A stretch of DNA of 64,000 nt, taken from NCBI RefSeq assembly GCF_009914755.1, contig NC_060927.1; one strand, written 5' to 3'. The notes under the pieces were generated by a model. The model searched no databases, was not told the origin of the DNA, and saw nothing but the letters and a program-made list of their open reading frames with translations. Below, in pieces: positions 58,400 through 64,000 of this stretch (position 1 is the first letter of the stretch; the number at the start of each line of letters is the position of its first letter). The stretch is from the human T2T-CHM13v2.0 reference genome, Homo sapiens. Made by a program: the position numbers and the translations under genes.

Positions 58400-59220
58400 G
58401 TAATCAATATGATTTACTTATCTGTGGGATCTAAAATCATCAAAGTTGGAGCAGAGAGTGGAATGGGGGATAGAGACGTGCGGAAATGATAGTTAAAGGG
58501 CAAAGCTTCAGCTGCGCAAAATAAATAACTTCTGGAGATCTAGTATACAGCATAATGCCTATGGTTGACAGTATTGTATCATATACTTAATATTTGCTAA
58601 GAAGATAGATCTTACATTAAGTCTTATCATACACACACAAAATAATAAAAGTGGCAGGAAGAAACTTTGTGGGGGAGGTGATAGGTGTATTAGTCTGTTT
58701 TCTGTTGCATATAACAGAATACTTGGAACTGGGTAATTTATAAAGAAAAGGAATTTATTTCTTACAGTTATGGAGGCTGAAAAGTTCAAGGTAGAGAGGC
58801 TGCATCTAGTGAGGGCCTTCTTGCTGATGGGGACTCTGCGGTCCTAAGGTGGCGCAGGGCATCATATGGCCAGGGGCTGAGCATGCTCACGTATTAGCTT
58901 CAGTCACTCTTCCTCTTCTTATAAAGCCACTCCCATGATAACCCATTAATGAATTAATCCATTAATCTAAAAGTGGATTATTCCATGACCCAATCACCTC
59001 TTAAAGGCCCCACCTCTCAATACTGCCATATTGGGGATTGAGATTCAACATGAGTTTTGAAGGGGACATTCAAACCATTGCAACAGATATGTTTATGGCC
59101 TTGATGGTAGTGATGGTTTCACAGTATATATTTAACCTCAAACTCACTGAGCTTTTTGCAATTAATATGTACAGCTTTTTGTATGTCAATTATACCACAA
59201 CAAAGTGATTTTGAAATAAA
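58400..59220 (+). mobile_element. L1MB-type 3' end, interrupted by an MST LTR
   Basis: ttctggagatctagtatacagcat, atgtttatggccttgatggtagtgatggtttcacag, atgtcaattatacc. Confidence 0.75.
58686..59082 (-). mobile_element. MST (MSTC-like) MaLR solo LTR
   Basis: tgtattagtctgtttt start, ggacattcaaaccattgca end. Confidence 0.85.
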
Positions 59221-61464
59221 AGAATTCCAGATTTTCTTCTCATCTTCTTTTTCTGAGATGATTTTTCAGTAGATAGCAGGAGGAAGACTGGCTGACCTGG
59301 TGGCAGTGGGAAAGAGGGTTCCCAGGCCCATGTCTGTCCTTCCCTGGCTCCTCAGTCCTCTGCTCTGCTGTCTCTTTCATTCCCGCTCTACTTTCCCTGC
59401 TGCTGGGCAGCTGAAATTGGGAGCTGTCAGACTCCTGCTCTATAATCTCTTGGTTTGGTTGGACTTGGTTGTTCTCGCTGCTGATTTGATGCCACTTTCA
59501 TTCTTGAGGACAGGCTGTTACTCCCACCTCATCCTCTGGTCTAGCAGGCTCCCTTCTGATTCCCAACAGCAAGCCCAGAGTAAGCGCTCTACCTGGTACC
59601 TTCAGATACAGCCTACTTCCTATCTCAGGGCAGGTGGAAATGGTCAGATAGGATACTTGGGGACCAAGAGAGCCTCTGGGGGCTAAATTCAGGCCCTCCT
59701 TCTGCATAAACGAAGTGTTTCTCTGATGCAGCTATTCTATGGTAGTTTGCTATGAGTCTCAAATGGGAAATGAGGCAAAACACTCTCTGTTTGGCTTTCC
59801 TCTAAACCAATGTAAGCCCCATTCTAGAATTGCAGCCCCTTGTGGGGACAGGGACAGGGAGGAGCCATGATGCTTGGTCCCATTTGCTGCCTCCTTTGCT
59901 TCCTGCAATGCAGCAGGGCTGAAAAGGCAGTTTTTATTTTTTTCTGTGTTCTCTCCAGAGTTCGTTCTCCCTACCCAAGGCATGTGATGCCCTCTGGTCT
60001 GCCAGGCTTGGCTCTTACTATGCTAAATAGAGGCTAAGGGAACTTAGAATGGCCTTTTCTGTCTACCCAAAGCTTGGCTTTCGTGACAATTGTTTTGATG
60101 TGGACTTACAAAAGTCAGATTTATGACTCAAAGATAATCAATGGCCTCTTATTCCCTGAGGCAATGCGCTTTTTGGCTAAGCTTGGATGCTGAGGTTGTG
60201 AAGGTGCATGATTTAAGGGGGAAATGAAAATATTCAAAATGCCAAAAATACTATCCCCATTACACGCATTGGTTTTTACCGCTACAGGTGACTTCCTAGG
60301 GTGACCACCAGCCCTGGCTTTGGGGTTCAAGGACCTACTCATTCTGCTAGAACCAAGATGTGCTGGAAATGGAGAAGTTAAAAAAATGCTTTTCTAGTGG
60401 CACTATCATGAATCCAGCATTTTCCTGCCAAAAGGATAGCATTTTCCACGGGTTAAGCGAGTAACTCCACATATTTGAGTGAGCTGAAAGAAATGTTTGT
60501 TGTGTGTGTCTGGAGGCGGGGGATGGGGGGTGGGTACGTGCTTAAAAAGGGGACAAGGACGGGAGTCACATGTAGTGTGCAGGGGAAAATTGAACGTATA
60601 AGAGGCATGTGATGGGAACAAAATGGTTAAACAGTTCCCTTCTCCCCGCCCCTCCTAAGCAGCTGCATCCAAGAGGGAAGTTTGCCATGGAAACACAGGA
60701 AGTATCAGAGAGCTGGGCAACAAGGGAAGCTTTTCTTGTAGTATCCACACTGGAAGTAGCTCTCTTCCCACCAAAAAGCCTGGAGCTATATGACACTTCT
60801 CTTGGGAACAGCACAGGAAATAGAGACTAACGTCTATTTATGACAGCAAGCAGCCAGAGATGACAGTTTGCAGAACATATTTGGAGAAAGCAACCTCCTG
60901 ACAAATGGATTCCATGGGGAATTTGAATTAAAAGTGAACTTTGAATAATTTCAGATGGAGAAATGGCATTAAATAATTGGCATGAAAAGTCTTGACACAG
61001 GAGAGTGACCCCTTCAATCCAGATGGTGTGAGACACAGACACAGAGGGACTCAGCAGAGGGCAACGGAAGAGCCAGATATGAAAGACAGAGGAAGGACAG
61101 CTGCAGGGGACCAGGGCAGACACTCCCCTCAGCCACATCTGGCCAATTAAAAAAAATTCTCTTAGCTGTGTAGGATTGTATGCTATTATCAGTTCTATAT
61201 TGAATACCTTTTGCAATTAACTATATATTCAATTCAGCTTAACTTCTTGACATATAAATTGTATGTAGTTCTCGTTCCACAATGGGGTTTGAGTCAGTCT
61301 CAAAACATTCTTTTTTTCCTCTTTTTAAATGAAGTCTGCAGTTAAAGAACCCTCCCTGATAATGTTACATATATTTGTCATCATTGGGAGGATCTAAGTA
61401 ATAAAATTTGGGTGCCAAGACTGGGCAAACCAGGACTATAGCAACTCTAATAGAAAGTAGTTGA

Positions 61465-61830
<366 letters not shown>

Positions 61831-62833
61831 TAAAAGCAAGAAAAAAAAAAGAGAGATGAGAGAGGCTGATTGGGACATAAAATCAGAGAGAAAGAAGGAA
61901 GTGCAGTTGAGAGTGAGCACATAAAGCACAGTGTGCGTATTAACGGGTGTAGGAGAATCTGTAAAGCGATGAACAGATCTCAGAAGAAGGGACTGGTGTA
62001 AGTTGTGTTGTGCTTTTGCTTTTAGCTGAAGAAAGGAAGGCAAGTTTGGAGGAGGAAGAGGGTTGGTTGTGTAGACTTTGAGAGCACAGAAAGGTGTGTT
62101 ATCTCCTGGCTCTAAGGATCAATATGCAAGTCCTCTAGAGAGAGAAATTGCTAGCAAAAGCAGAAAAAACTATGTGTCTCTGTGACCCAAGTGGAAGGGT
62201 GGAGGGGGCATTACTCCCAATGATAAACCGAATACCGTGCCTCTGCAGCATCCTGAGAGATTGCTGCTATGTAGTCTCATTAGGAGACAGCCTTGTTTTA
62301 GGGGAGCATCTGTAATCAAGGTAGTGATGAGGTACTGCCCTCAGTGACTTCCTGAGACCATCCACCATGAAGGCGTCTGGATCAGAAGAGGAAGCCTACT
62401 GTTAGCATCAATGGTGATTCATTTGTAAGCACTCATGAAACACCATCTGAGAACTTCTAGTTATAATTAGATGAAAGTTCCTAGGGAGTGGCATAAGAAT
62501 GTGGGGACAGGTGTCAGTGATATTTTACTTATTCTATTAATATGCACCTTCTGTACCAGGTTCGAGAAGCTTATTATTATCCCTGTTGGGAGGGAGGCTT
62601 ACCAAGGGTAAGTAATGTGTTTGCTGCATCTAAACAAGAAGTGGTAGAGCCAGGATTTAAAGCCATGTTTATCTGCCTCCAATGCTTATTCCTGGTACCA
62701 CTACGCTGTACAAACTTCCAGTAGAATCCCAAAAGCTGTTAAAATAAGAGGAAAATTTAAAGGGGTAAGTCTTCAAGTCATGTGTCGGATCTTAGACAGT
62801 GAAACTTGAGACATGATAGAAAACAGTGGCTCA

Positions 62834-63127
<294 letters not shown>

Positions 63128-63360
63128 GGAAACAGTGGCTCAACATGGAAACTAAAAATCATCTCTGGCCATGGGAGGAGGAACCTCTTCGTATCAACAA
63201 AGTTCAAACATGGGTAAGTTTACTAATAGATGTTCTTATAATCAAGTGTTAATTTGGCCAAGTTGTTAACTTGTTTGGGTTTAATTTTCTATCTGTGAAA
63301 TGAAGAGAATGAAAGCATCTGTTTTGTAGGTTCATTGAGAGAAGTCACACAAATACAGAG

Positions 63361-63919
63361 TGTGGTAGATTGTATTTTCCAAAGATGGCCATACAAATAT
63401 ACATATCTGAGTGCCACATGCATTTCTTAAATTGTAACTGACACCTTCTTATTTAATGCTGAGATTTATATTTTCTGGGTTTGGATCAAGACAGAAACTT
63501 CCATTTTTGATCAACAGATGCAGCAGAAGTGATGCTATGTGACTTCCAAGGCTAAGGCCATAGAGAGGATACAGCCTCCATCTGATTCCTCTCTCAGGAC
63601 ACCTGTCCTTGGAACTCAGCTGTTATGCTCTGAGGAAGCAAAATTAACTTGCATGGAGAGGCCAATATAGAGAGGAACTAAGGTCTTCAGCTGAGTGCCA
63701 CCATTGTACAGTAGACACGAGTGAAGACGCTTTCAGATGATTTCAGCTCCCAGTCTTTGAATCTTCCATCTGAGACCCCAGACCGTTGTGGATCAGAGAC
63801 AAGCTGTCCCCACAGTGTCCTGTCCAATTTCCTCTACAGAATCTGTGAGCATGACACATTGCTGTTTCATGCCACTGAGTTGTGGGGTAAATTCATATGT
63901 GTCCTTAGTAACTGGAACA
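63361..63919 (+). mobile_element. MLT1G/H-like MaLR LTR
   Basis: tgtggtagattgtattttccaaagatggcc start, gccactgagttgtggggtaa...agtaactggaaca end. Confidence 0.78.
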
Positions 63920-64000
63920 GATTTTGATGCCATGTAAAATGGTACAAAAGAAGAAGAAGATAGCTCGGGAATTTTTGCAACTTGCTTCTTATCTATTAAT

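Overview
Primate (most likely human) non-coding euchromatic DNA, either a long intron or intergenic sequence. I recognise no protein-coding exon, RNA gene or CpG-island promoter and cannot name the host locus. The ORF track is explained by Alu, microsatellite and random frames, plus frameshifted Tigger1 transposase remnants. The window holds about 26 Alu elements, MIR/L2/L1M relics, several solo LTRs (LTR10, MST, MLT1, LTR16-like), a near full-length Tigger1 and small DNA transposons. Repeat family names come from recalled consensus sequences, not from a search. I found no new gene system. The best signals are base-resolved fossils of DNA repair and retrotransposition. (1) A 424-bp copy of 36980-37403 inserted at 32509-32932 as an inverted plus a direct segment, with a 6-bp target duplication and no poly(A). 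(2) Two inverted Alus about 1.4 kb apart share the same private 39-bp duplication in a 108-bp near-identical tract, suggesting gene conversion. (3) A 46-bp L1PA tail carries a 3' transduction with its own AATAAA and poly(A), nested in a triple-insertion site. Candidate + strand cryptic exons and enhancer-like motif clusters are reported as weaker inferences.
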